Translations under genes and position numbers: made by a program | The notes under the pieces: model-generated | The model's database searches: none | The model's input: the letters and a program-made list of their open reading frames with translations, nothing else | What the model was told of the DNA's origin: nothing | From: Macrostomum hystrix | Lineage: Eukaryota; Animalia; Platyhelminthes | Assembly (NCBI GenBank): GCA_950097015.1 | Contig: CATNEN010000001.1 | Coordinates: 17,422,001-17,486,000, forward strand | Length of the DNA stretch: 64,000 nucleotides | Direction of reading: 5' to 3' | Shown: positions 14,030-27,100 of the stretch, piece by piece | How positions within the stretch are numbered: the first letter of the stretch is position 1 | Layout: each line of letters begins with the position of its first letter

Positions 14030-14232
14030 GCATCTTCTGAAACAAGAATCAAGTCGCCAGCCCTTCAGACCGTCGAGATATTCAACAGTTCTGGCCGAAG
14101 ATTAGATTTTTCCCATATGAGTATTTCACCCAACATTATACACAAATTAGCACTGCGCCTCAGTGCGTCAAATTGTATCAGCATGTCACCCGAATGTGCC
14201 TGCATCATCTCCGACTTCGGTGGTCACCGACC
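14030..14232. repeat. Interspersed repeat, unclassified (second copy at 25545-25742)
   Basis: Shared CTTCAGACCGTCGAGATATTCAAC...TCACCCGAATGTG..TGCATCAT.TCCGACTTCGG.GGTCACC. Confidence 0.75.
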
Positions 14233-14415
14233 TTCACCTAGACGGACCTGCTGGATACCACAATGCAGAACTCACCCTTAGTACGAGTATAAAAACGGGC
14301 GGCAAAATGGGTAGGTAGTCCTACTGTAAAACAGTTAAGATTTATCCGAGATAAAACAACAATTGGTTGTTTATTCTATGGCTAAAGCTGCCTAGAATAG
14401 ATGTGACAAACGAGC

Positions 14416-14527
14416 TCAGACCCGACCCTCCCTCAGCATGCCCAGTCGGTCCCATTGGCAATCTCCGCTGACAAATTCTCCGCTATTGTTCAACGGATGA
14501 CGCTGAAGACTTTGAGCTTGGCGCTGG

Positions 14528-14559
<32 letters not shown>

Positions 14560-15108
14560 ATGCATGAGGTAGGGACTACTTTCAGCACTGTGTGATGTCC
14601 TGGCGTAATTGTTCACTGCGAGAAACTGACCCGCTTCGTTGACCAAATCGTCCAGCTCGTTATCGTTGGGCACCTCAATGACTCTCGGCTGCTCCTGCGG
14701 CTGCTGCTGCTGTTGCTTTTGCTTTTGCTTTTTTCTCTGCTTCCTGGTGGAGTTTTGCTGCTCCTGCTGCTGTTTGTCAGTCGCGGCACGGTTCGTGACA
14801 ACCTGCACAGAGCGAGGCGCTAGCTCGCGGCTGTAGCTGTGTACAAACGACTCGTCCTTGACGGACCAGCAGCAGCCGAGGTCGCGGCTCGACTTCCGGT
14901 TGGCGAGCGAGCCACCGGCCGCCGACACGGCCAGGTCGTCGTCCAGCAGGAGCTCCCGCCTCCGACGGTCCATCTCGACAGCCATGCGAGCCAGGAAGTC
15001 CTGGAAGTTGTCCTCCTCGGCGCCCGGCTGTGCCTTGGTCTGAAGCTTGGGCAGCTGGAAGTCGTGGGGGAACATCAGCTCGTCCGCGGCGGCTGAGCGC
15101 CTGGAGAT
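14416..15108 (-). CDS. BEST: Bestrophin exon 6 (Q/H-rich C-terminal tail and stop)
   Basis: CCCGCAG acceptor; ISRRSAAADELMFP continues in phase 0 after exon 5; TGA at 14418-14416. Confidence 0.78.
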
Positions 15109-18100
15109 CTGCGGGATGCGAGTGGACGGTTTGGGCTTCAGTCAGGGCTTGGGCGTGTGGATGTCTGGGTTTCAAGTCTCAGATATCTGAAGTTTCTAGG
15201 ATCAGATCCTGAAGTTTCTAGTGTCAGATACCTGAAGTTTCTAGTGTCAGATACCTGAAGTTTCTAGTGTCAGATACCTGAAGTTTCTAGTGTCAGATAC
15301 CTGAAGTTTCTACGATTAAATGCCTGAAGTTTCTAATATCAGATACCTGAAGTTTCCTGGATCAGATATCTGAAGTTTCTAGGATCAGATCCTGAAGTTT
15401 CTAGGATCAGATACCTGAAGTTTCTAGTGTCAGATACCTGAAGTTTCTAGTGTCAGATACCTGAAGTTTCTAGTGTCAGATCCTGAAGTTTCCTGGATCA
15501 GATACCTGAAGTTTCTACGATTAAATGCCTGAAGTTTCTAATATCAGATACCTGAAGTTTCCTGGATCAGATATCTGAAGTTTCTAGGATCAGATCCTGA
15601 AGTTTCTAGGATCAGATACCTGAAGTTTCTAGTGTCAGATACCTGAAGTTTCTAGGATCAGATACCTGAAGTTTCTAGTGTCAGATACCTGAAGTTTCTA
15701 GGATCAGATCCTGAAGTTTCTAGGATCAGATACCTGATGAAGTTTCCAATATCAGATATCTGAAGTTTCCAAAAACTGATTCCTGAAGTTTTTTAGATCA
15801 CACACCTGAAGTTTTTAGTGTCAGATACCTAGATTTCAATGTTCAGTGATCTGCGGTTCAGTATCAGATATTTGAATTAGTTTAAAGTATTTACCGTGCC
15901 TGGGATATCAGCATATTTTAGACAGTTCAAACGACAAGTAGAACTGACAGGTCCAGTGCGTTACAAAACGCACTAATTAATTATTAATAGATTTCAACAG
16001 TCCTGTTTCCAGAATCTCACAGGCCAAATTGGGCCTAAGTTTGTTCTCTAGAATTTTAAGTACAGGCTCAGCATTGGCAGTGGATTTGGCTGCGAATGAG
16101 ATAAGGCAAAGTTTTAGTTGCTGAGCAGTCAGTTACATTGTTCCCATCGCCAAGGAATAGGCCTGAGCACATAATTATTGAGCTCATCGACTAGCCCTGC
16201 TCAGTTGCAACTCGCTTATCAATTATGGGTCACTAATGATTGAGACTATAAAAATAGAAATCACTGTGTACTTCTGCGCCTCCTTGGCACAGTTGAGTTC
16301 ATTATCAACGGGTGAACTAGCTGTGCCAAAGTTGAGAACATTTTGTGTGTTCCACAATGCATCCGCTTCTGAACCGCTTAGAGTTAAGTTCAGTTGCAAT
16401 GAGTTCAGTTGCAATGAGTTCAGTTGCAATGAGTTCAGTTGCAATGAGTTCAGTTGCAATGAGTTCAGTTGCAATGCGTTCAGTTGCAATGAGTTCAGTT
16501 GCAATGAGTTCAGTTGCAATGAGTTCAGTTGCAATGAGTTCAGTTGCACTCAGCTCAGTTGCAGTGAGTTCAGTTGCAATGAGTTCAGTTGCAATGAGTT
16601 CAGTTGCAATGCGTTCAGTTGCAATGAGTTCAGTTGCAATGAGTTCAGTTGCAATGAGTTCAGTTGCACTCAGCTCAGTTGCAGTGAGTTCAGTTGCAAT
16701 GAGTTCAGTTGCAATGAGTTCAGTTGCAGTGAGTTCAGTTGCAATGAGTTCAGTTGCACTCAGCTCAGTTGCAGTGAGTTCAGTTGCAATGTCTCGAGTT
16801 GCAGTGAGTTCAGTTGCAATGTCTCGAGTTGCAGTGAGTTCAGTTGCAATGTCTCGAGTTGCAGTGAGTTCAGTTGCAATATCTCGAGTTGCAGTGAGTT
16901 CAGTTGCAATGTCTCGAGTTGCAGTGAGTTCAGTTGCAATATCTCGAGTTGCAGTGAGTTCAGTTGCAATGAGTTCAGTTGCACTCAGCTCAGTTGCAGT
17001 GAGTTCAGTTGCAATGTCTCGAGTTGCAGTGAGTTCAGTTGCAATGTCTCGAGTTGCAGTGAGTTCAGTTGCAATGTCTCGAGTTGCAGTGAGTTCAGTT
17101 GCAATATCTCGAGTTGCAGTGAGTTCAGTTGCAATGTCTCGAGTTGCAGTGAGTTCAGTTGCAATGTCTCGAGTTGCAGTGAGTTCAGTTGCAATGTCTC
17201 GAGTTGCAGTGAGTTCAGTTGCAATGTCTCGAGTTGCAGTGAGTTCAGTTGCAATGTCTCGAGTTGCAGTGAGTTCAGTTGCAATGTCTCGAGTTGCAGT
17301 GAGTTCAGTTGCAATATCTCGAGTTGCAGTGAGTTCAGTTGCAATATCTCGAGTTGCAGTGAGTTCAGTTGCAATATCTCGAGTTGCATTGCTCATCACC
17401 CACCTCCAGATTGTAGTCGAGTATCTCGGAGGTCTGGAAGTCCTCATCGTCGTCACCGAAGGGGTTCATGACGCACATGGCTACCTTCAGCCAGCCCATG
17501 AGAAATAGGAACTGGAAGATAGTGAAGATCGGCACGAAGAAGTCGATGGAGACGTCCTGGTGACTGGCGCAGCAGCAGGTGGTGTTGTTGAGTCCGTCAG
17601 CTGATGGTCGAATGAACTGAGCGGAGAACAGTTGCAGCAGAAAATACGAGTAGACAGCGATGATGACCACCTGTAGATGTATATGGCAGTGTTCATATCA
17701 TGAACTCAGTCAGTGCCAGTGGCTGCTGGCAATGGCACATCATTTGGTGACACTAGACCCGCAGCCAGCGAGGCATTTCTGCCCATTTCGCTGACTCCTG
17801 AGCACACACGCACACACAGGTGTGTACACCGGCCGGGACTTTCTCATCGTCAGGCAGTGTACACTCTCACTGTGCCTTGGGGTTTGGGGTGAGTGACAGA
17901 GGTAACAGTAGAAAAGCCTGTTAAATGGGTACCAGCATTAGCTGGGATAATTGAAGGTGGGTGTGGCGTCCCCCAGTCCATGGACTGAACAGCCGTACGC
18001 AGCCTTCAGATGCGCCGCGCATTAGCTGCGGCTGTGCTGTCGGCTGCACATGTGGCCCAATTGGGGCAGGTGTAATCAATTATTATGAATTAAATTATTG

Positions 18101-21100
18101 CCCACAAAATTTCATAGTGTAACCATATTGGCTATTGGCTATTAGATATTCGATATTCGCTGAATATCTCGTTTTTTAATAGTAAATGTCCGAATATTGA
18201 TCGGTGATTCGGTTTGGGAGCTATGGTGAAGTAGGCAGTGGGTATTCCCCATTGGAAAATAGCATGGTTATTGCAATGTTAACGCGTTTGGGTCTGGCAT
18301 CCAAGGTCGATTTCCGATTCTAACAGACAAGTATCTTGTGTGATTACCTGGGTGTACACCAGAGGTATCATGACGTCATTGTAAATCACTAGCGTGTGCA
18401 TCTGGTGCCTCATCTTGTCCATCTGCAAAATTTAGCAACGGAATAGACAAAAATAGAATTTTATAAAAAAACTTGATTAGATTCATCACATGACAGGCGT
18501 TTGGCATTGTCAGTGTTTTCTACTCTACTCAAGCGGTTAAAAATAGAACAAAGACAAAAATGGGCACGCCAGAAAACTCAGATTTTATTTATAGCTAAGG
18601 ATTGGGGGCATTATTAATCGATTTGCTGTAGCCCACCCGTCACAGTGGGGTCCAGTGAAGCTGGAGACGCCAAGGCCTGAGAAGTCTCATCGACAAAAAG
18701 CTAGCGAAAGACCGTTGTCCAGTTATAATGAGACCCCTAACTCTGTCCAATTAAGAGTAAGCAGTCAGTTTTTCTTGGACACAGAGGTCAGAAATTTTTG
18801 TTTGTGACTTAAAAAATGTCCTGCGCACCGATCGATAAACGGTTGAGAAGAGAAAACAGGAATCGATGCTGCTAATGGGCGACTAAAAACTTGAAAACTA
18901 CAAACTACTTGCAGCTTCCGCCAAATGAAAGGCTTGACAAAAAACCTCTGCTTTTACCTACGAGGAACGATGAGGTTAAACACGTAAGCCAGACATGCAA
19001 TCGGCCACTTAAAATGTGCTGGATTCATAAACTTCTGCTTCTAAACAGTCTCTGATTCATTTTTTTGACATCCTAATTGACATTCGAAGCAGACAATGAA
19101 GCGAAGAAAAAACTATTTTTTATCGTCAAAGTTGGACTGTTTCACACAAAAGGGGGAAAAATTATTTTGCAGCGAGGCTGCGGGAAATGGCACATCATTT
19201 GGTGACACTAGACCCGCAGCCAGCGAGGAGGCAATTCTGCCCATTTCGCTGACTTCTAAGCACACACGCACACAGGTGTGTACATATGCCCTGACTTTCT
19301 CATCGTCAGGCAGAGTACACTCTCACTGTGCCTTAAAGGTTGGCCATTAAAGGCGCAAATTGCACGAAAAGCCTCCGCGGCTGCGACTTACTAATAATTC
19401 ACAGCGTGAAGTTTGAGGCTGGTTAGGTTCGTGGATTGTGAAGTTTGTGGGTTGTGAGGTTCGTGGGTTGTGAGGTTGTTGAATCGCGTGGTTTCTGTGT
19501 GTCGACCAGCATAAATATTGATCAGGGCTAGTGCAATAATGATGGTGCCTTCGAATCAGAGTCCCAGATTCTGGACAATGCCCGAGATTAGCCAGCTGAC
19601 TGAGGAATTCAATTATTCATAAATGATCTGTGTGGTACATAATTATAAAATCAGATTATTTCAATTAGCAGCTCTCACTCACCTCTTCCAGCAGGTACAT
19701 CATGCTCCTGGGATCCGGGATGTAGCCATGAAGGAAGGCCTTCTTAATCAGGCGAGACGCCCACAGCAGCGGCACCCAGTACTCGCACTCGTACTCCTTC
19801 TTGTAGGTGGCCTCGAACTGGTTCGCCACTCGCTCGAAAGCGCCAATCTCGGACTGGGTGATGATCTTGGTGAAGTTCAGGTGCACCACGGGATCCGAGT
19901 TCAGATTGTTCAGCACCTGGCATCGGTTGGCAGCAGTGATCTTACAGACCTTGAGGTCTCTAACGCCTTCCAGGGTGCCTAACACCTTCCAGGGTGTCTA
20001 ATACCTTCCGGAGTGCCTAACACCTTCCAGGGTGTCTAACAACTGCCAGGAGTGTCTAACACCTGCCAGGAGTGTCCAACGCCTTCTAGGGTGTCTAACA
20101 CCTTCCAGGGTGTCTAACACATTCCAGGGTGTCTTACAGGTCCCAGAAGTGTCTATCACATTCTATAGTGTCTAACGGATTATGTCAAACAGGTCATTAG
20201 AAGTATCTAACAGCCCCTTTTATAGTCCCGTATAACAGCTCATAGTACTGTCATACAGTTCATAACGAATCATAGAAGTGTCTAACATCTTTCAGGGTGT
20301 CTTACAGGTCCTAGATTGGTCGAACACATCTTTGTCCCATGCCACTGGTTTCCAGAGTCTTATACAGCAGGCTGCTAGCAACTCACCTCTCTAACATCTT
20401 TCTCCTTGCGATTTTTCATGCCTTCGGGCCTGAATCTCTTGGCGATTTGGTCGGAGATCTTGCGCATTACTAGAATCCAGCCCAGGTTGAGGTAGCGGAG
20501 CAGAGTTAGGCGGATCTGGCGGGCCACATCCGCGTCCGAGCCCGCCACGATTCCTGGAATTGACGCGGGTTGAAGAGAGAGCCTGTTAGTCCTGTCTAGC
20601 AGTTCTTAGTCTTGTCTAACAGTTCTTAGTCCTGTCTAGCAGTTCTTAGTCCTGTCTAACAGTTTTTAGTTCTGTATAACAGTTCTTAGTCCTGTCTAAC
20701 AGTTCCTAGTCCTGTCTAGCAGTTTTTAGTCCTGTCTAACAGTTATCAGTTCTGTCTAACAGTTCTTAGTCCTGTCTAGCAGTTCTTAGTCTTGTCTAAC
20801 AGTTCCTAGTCCTGTCTAACAGTTCTTAGTCCTGTCTAACAGTTATCAGCCTTGTCTAACAGTTCTTAGTCTTGTCTAACAGTTCTTAGTCCTGTCTAAC
20901 AGTTATCAGCCTTGTCTAACAGTTCTTAGTCTTGTCTAACAGTTCTTAGTCCTGTCTAGCAATTCTTAGTCTTGTCTAACAGTTCCTAGTCCTGTCTAAC
21001 AGTTCCTAGTCCTGTCTAACAGTTCTTAGTCCTGTCTAACAGTTATCAGCCTTGTCTAACAGTTCTTAGTCTTGTCTAACAGTTCTTAGTCCTGTCTAAC

Positions 21101-24100
21101 AGTTATCAGCCTTGTCTAACAGTTATCAGCCTTGTCTAACAGTTCCTAGTCTTGTCTAACAGTTCTTAGTCTTGTCTAACAGTTCTTAGTCCTGTCTAAA
21201 AGTTCCTAGTCCTGTCTAACAGTTCTTAGCCTTGTCTAACAGTTCCTAGTCCTGTCTAACAGTTCCAAGTCCTGTCTAACAGTTCCTAGTCCTGTCTAAC
21301 AGTTCCTAGTCCTGTCTAACAGTTCTTAGCCTTGTCTAACAGTTCTTATTCCTGTCTAACAGTTCCTAGTCTTGTCTAACAGTTCCTAGTCCTGTCTAAC
21401 AGTTCTTAGCCTTGTCTAACAGTTCTTAGTCTTCTCTAACAGTTTTTAGTTCTGTATAACAGTTCTTAGTCCTATCTAGCAGTTCTTAGTCCTGTCTAAC
21501 AGTTATCAGCCTTGTCTAACAGTTATCAGCCTTGTCTAACAGTTATCAGCCTTGTCTAACAGTTCCTAGTCCTGTCTAACAGTTCCTAGTCCTGTCTAAC
21601 AGTTATCAGCCTTGTCTAACAGTTATCAGCCTTGTCTAACAGTTCCTATTCCTGTCTAACAGTTCCTATTCCTGTCTAACAGTTCCTATTCCTGTCTAAC
21701 AGTTCCTAGTCCTGTCTAACAGTTCTTAGCCTTGTCTAACAGTTCCTAGTCCTGTCTAACAGTTCCTAGTCCTGTCTAACAGTTATTAGCCTTGTCTAAC
21801 AGTTCCTAGTCCTGTCTAACAGTTCCTAGTCCTGTCTAACAGTTCCTAGTCCTGTCTAACAGTTCCTAGTCCTGTCTAACAGTTCTTAGCCTTGTCTTAC
21901 AGTTCCTATTCCTGTCTAACAGTTCCTATTCCTGTCTAACAGTTCCTATTCCTGTCTAACAGTTCCTAGTCCTGTCTAACAGTTCTTAGCCTTGTCTAAC
22001 AGTTCCTAGTCCTGTCTAACAGTTCCTAGTCCTGTCTAACAGTTCTTAGCCTTGTCTAACAGTTCCTAGTCCTGTCTAACAGTTCCTAGTCCTGTCTAAC
22101 AGTTCTTAGCCTTGTCTAACAATTAGCCGAATTCCTAAACTATCGCTAGGGCCGAGTCATTTTTTTCCTATTCTAATAAATTAGACATGCCTAACGAAAT
22201 TGGAATTAACACGTTCGACCCTGCAGTCTGACGTCACAGTTAGTCTGCTTGCTTTCTAATCACACTCATGAATTCGGCGGTGGACATAGTTTTAAGTCTC
22301 GTCTATTCTTTGTACTTATTCTTGGTTGAGCAGCCTTTGAGCCACACCTGAGCAATAACACCTTGGCTCTGCTGTTGTAAAATCCAAAATCACTCAGATC
22401 CATCGCTATCACGCAAGGCAGCTAAAACTGCAGCGAAAACACGGCAATGCAGGCAGGCAGGGGTTTGGGAGGTGTCAGGATTTGCTCATTTCAGAGGCCT
22501 GGCCTCCCTGCAAGTCAGAACTCAGCCTAGCAGAACTGATGACCAGCCGGGTGGCAGCCAGGCTTCTACTAACTTCCCATCGACATTTTCCCGCGGACTG
22601 GCTAGCTAAGAAAAGCTCTTGATGCGATGTGATAAGTCACGCTCTCTGGTCCCCAACCTCCTGGCGCATTGCCCAGCTCCCAGCTCAGTTTAACTCGCTC
22701 GGAAACTTCCCAACCCGATGGATGACAGGCCTCCTCAACAGGATGCTCTGTTTGGAGACTCAACCGCCCCCTCTGCGGACCCGACAATTCTGTCCGTCTG
22801 TCTGTCTTCTTCCGTTGAACAAAAAACTGCGCGTGGGAGACTTCCTGCTCAGTTAATTTTTTTCTAGACTTGAGGTAATTATTTTTTCGGTCCGGTGCCC
22901 GTACGCGCGCCGATGGCATCTTTCGGTTCCGCAAATCAGTGTGAAGTGAAAGAGCTTTTTTGACGCCAGCGATGATGCTGAGGAAGGGACAGAAGTGCAG
23001 AGTAGGCTTTTGCGGTTGAATTTTCGTCGCGATTCAAATCGTGAATCTGAAGTATTTTACTCGAGTAGAAATTTAATTTCCAGGCTTACACAGTTATTTA
23101 TAGTATTGCCGAAAATGTACAAAAATAAATCAAGTTTTAAAAAGTATTTTCATGTTTAGACTCGCAGCAGCCTTAGAAACAAACTCTCAAACCGAGCTAA
23201 ATGTACTAGTGCAAATTTTATAGGTAGAAAAACTTGTTTTTGCAATAATATAAGTAAAGCAAACATCTATTTGAAGTTAAGAGTGTAATTTGCTGTTGAG
23301 ACTTTGAGAGGCTGAGCTTTGAGCACAGTTTGAGTCCTTCAGTCCATGATTGACTAGTAAAGCTTTAAAACGACCTTGAGTAATTTCTGTACAATCACGC
23401 TTATCTGCAAAATACGCTCACACAGGTGTGTGTACATCTGCCCTGACTTTCTCATCGTCAGGCAGTGTACACTCTCACTGTGCCATGAAGGTTGGCTCTC
23501 AAGGGGGTAGATTTCACGACAAGCCGCCAAACTCTCAATTTAACTGGATCGAGCTCAGGGACCTTGGTGCGGGAGGCAAACGCGTTGGGCAACCCTGCCA
23601 CTCACCCCTCCGTAAACTTTGTGGTCATTGAGCTCGACAATAGAGTTTTTTTGCTAATTAGCAAATAATACTGACAACTTGATGACACTCTAGTACACAG
23701 TGCGCCATGCGACTGATGAGTTGGACTCAAAAGATTATCGTGGTACTCATAGAATACCAATATTGAGCCAAACAGCAAGTCCAGATCTTTTGACGCAAAT
23801 GCTGCGTGCTGCAAAGTCCTTTATAAATTACTAAATACTTCTAAAATGAGCTTTAGAGGCATGAAGTATTTAGCATCGTGGGATTCCGAAGCTGCTTAAG
23901 CTTACAGCAGTCCAAATTTGAGAAAATTATTGCATTCCAAATACCTGCTTTAAAGCTATAGTTATTTAAAAAAAATTCGTAATAATAACTGATTACAACT
24001 GCCCCCCAATCGGGCTAGTTGAGTAGCCGCAGCTATTGCGCGGTGCATCTGAAGGCTGCGTACGGCTGTTCAGTCGTCCATGGACTGCGGGGACGCCACA

Positions 24101-27100
24101 CCCACCTTTAATTACCCCAGATAATGCTGGAACACCGAAGGGCGTCAGTGGCAGAGCGGTTGACGCGTTTGCCTCTCGCATCGAGTTCCCTAAGCATCGA
24201 GTTCCTCGGTGAGGCCACATTCATTTGGGGCTTGTCGTGCAACTTACGCCCTCGAGGTTCAACTTCCAAGGCACAGTGAGAGTGTACACTGCCTGAAGAT
24301 GAGAAAGTCAGGGCAGATGCAACACCTGTGTGAGCGTGTGCCTGCGTACAGTATCTGTGTGCGTGTGAGCTCAGGAGTCAGCACAATTGGCAGAATTGCC
24401 TCCTCGCTGGCTGCGGGTCTAGTGTCACCAGATGATGTGCCAGTGTCCGCAATTGTCGATTATATTGTGTTGAATAAATTTATTTATTATTTTTTTGAAC
24501 CAATAAGGATTCGCCATAGAGGCTTATTATACACAGAAATGTTAGTTGTCCTTGCCACCAGGGTCTCCGACAAGAATCACTGAATAACTAGGCGATGATG
24601 AAGTCGGACGGCTTTGAAATTTAGTTCAACGTAAAGGGCGGAAATGTATCGGCTATTCGGTTTGGGAGCTATCGAGAAGTAGGCAGTGGGTATTTTAAAT
24701 ACCAAGTGATCTTTCTCCAGGCGGAAAATAGTCTTTCTACAGTTAATGCTGGTACCCAACCAATAGCTGGGTGAACTGACGCAACGCGGAGTTAAGTGTC
24801 TTGCCAAAGTACACAGTCACACAAAAGTCTACAGTCTCCTTTTAGCCCAGGACAAGTAGGCTATTGTTCTTACAAGACTATAAATAGAAAAACACTTACA
24901 AAAACCACGTGGCGACAGAGAAAGGAACTCGCCAATGTCCGCCAGTTTCTATCTTTATCGGTAATTGGTAATTCAATCTTTATCCCTAGCTCATTGATAC
25001 TTAGCGAAAAAAAGTGATAAGGCAGGTAATGCAGAGCGGATGCTTCGCTCTAACTTCATCTGCTCTGCCATCGACCCAGAGACTAGCCAGAGTGCGCCAC
25101 AGCAATGGCGTTGGCGGGTGGACTTTCGTTTTTAAAAAAGACATCACCGAACAATTAAACCATCACTGTGTCGCCACTGTCATTGGTGCGTCACTGGACA
25201 CCGAACTTTTCAATGAGCATCCCGGTGAATGATTGAATAATTAGCTACTTTTTTAGAAAGTCTGTACACATGTACACAGCTAAACACTCTAGCAGGTAGG
25301 TACATTGTAAGACAGCCGCGGAGAGAATGTTTGGAAGGCTTGTCGTGCTACTTACTCTCATGATGGTCAACACCGCAAAGCTCAGTGGGAGCGTAATGCG
25401 AAAGTCGGCGCAGATGTGCACGCAGTCAAATTATCTTAACAGAACTACCAAGGCGGCGAAATTACTATAAAAATGTTTTTGTTACATCCAAACGGAGCAC
25501 CGCAAGCATACGAAACTCAAGAACATAGGCCTACTTTTTCTTGTGTATCTTCGGAAACAAGAACCAAGTCACCAGCTCTTCAGACCGTCGAGATATTCAA
25601 CGGTTCTGGCCGAATGTCAGATTTTTCCCATAAGAGCTAGTGTATTTCATACACACTTATCATGCGGCCTTGCCAGGCGTTTAAACATTTTCAGCACGTC
25701 ACCCGAATGTGTCTGCATCATTTCCGACTTCGGCGGTCACCAAGCTTTGTCTACAGAGAGCTTCTAGACCTTCCACAAGTAGCAGTTAAGTTTGTAGAAA
25801 ATTCGCTTTAGGGACTTCATAGCCAGCTGGAGGCACCCTGCTGACAGTGCTGACTGTCGGGGTGGTGACTGATTGGTTGACAGACTATTGATTGGCTCGC
25901 TGATCGAGGTCTATGCAAATAGATCTCAACAGAACCATTTAACTGTGTTGCAGATAATTGCATCAAACCTTAAAGAACGTTAAAGAACCTGAAAGAACAG
26001 ACACAAAGCAAAACTGATTGACTTGGGTCCAAGAAAGTTCCTCATTCACTCTTAAAAGACAAAGACAAATTTCACCACAAACTGAAGAATTTTTCTTCTT
26101 CTAAGAAAGAGAAAAGGCGACAATGAACTCGCTGACAGGCCGGGGCGAAACAATAATTAGGCAATTTTTGTGTCAACTGAGGGAGAACCTTAGACGCAAT
26201 AGCGAGTTCCCTAATTAACCTGCGACTAGGCAGGCTTTAGTCTCATGGGGAATACACGTGTCTCAAGCACTGATCACATAGATATTGTTATTGCAACAAA
26301 CCAGTGAGGCAGCAGTGATTGAAAAATAGGAATACAAAGAAATTAATTCAGCTATAGAGGCATTTGGATTAGTCTGCTAAAGCTGCACTGGCTCAATGAT
26401 TTCGCTGGCTTTTCTGCCATGTACAGAAAAAATACTAGGTCTGAAAGGTGAAAAAAATTTGGGATAGGTAATAACTGCATGCTAGACAAGCGAGCGATAT
26501 CTGCATGCTAGACAGGAGATAGCTGCCTGTCAGACAGGTGATAACAGCCTGTTAGACAGATGATAACTGCCTGTTAGACGGATCATAACTGACTGTTAGA
26601 CAGGTTATAACTGCCTGTTAGACAGGTTATAACTGCATGCTAGACAGGTTATAACTGAATGTTAGACAGGATATAACTACCTGTGTTAGACAGGTGATAA
26701 CTGCCTGTTAGACAGGATATAACTACCTGTGTTAGACAGATGATAACTGCCTGTTAGACAGGTTATAACTGCATGCTAGACAGGTGATAACTGCCTGTTA
26801 GACAGGTTATAACTGAATGTTAGACAGGTGATAACTACCTGTGTTAGACAGGTGATAACTGCCTGTTAGACAGGTGATAACTGCCTGTTAGACAGGTTAT
26901 AACTGCCTGTTAGACAGGTTATAACTGCATGCTAGACAGGAGATAGCTGTCTATCAGACAGGTGATAACAGGCTGTCAGACAGGTGATAACAGCCTGTTA
27001 GACAGATGATAACTGCCTGTTAGACAGGTTATAACTGCATGCTAGACAGGTGATAACTGCCTGTTAGACAGGTTATAACTGAATGTTAGACAGGATATAA

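Noticed and set aside
16223-17508. Overlapping long repetitive ORFs on both strands
   Set aside because: 15-bp satellite inside a bestrophin intron
24285-24315. Hammerhead ribozyme core in SINE family 2 (CTGANGA...GAAA)
   Set aside because: Only 3 nt separate the motifs, so there is no stem II, and no stem III or cleavage triplet
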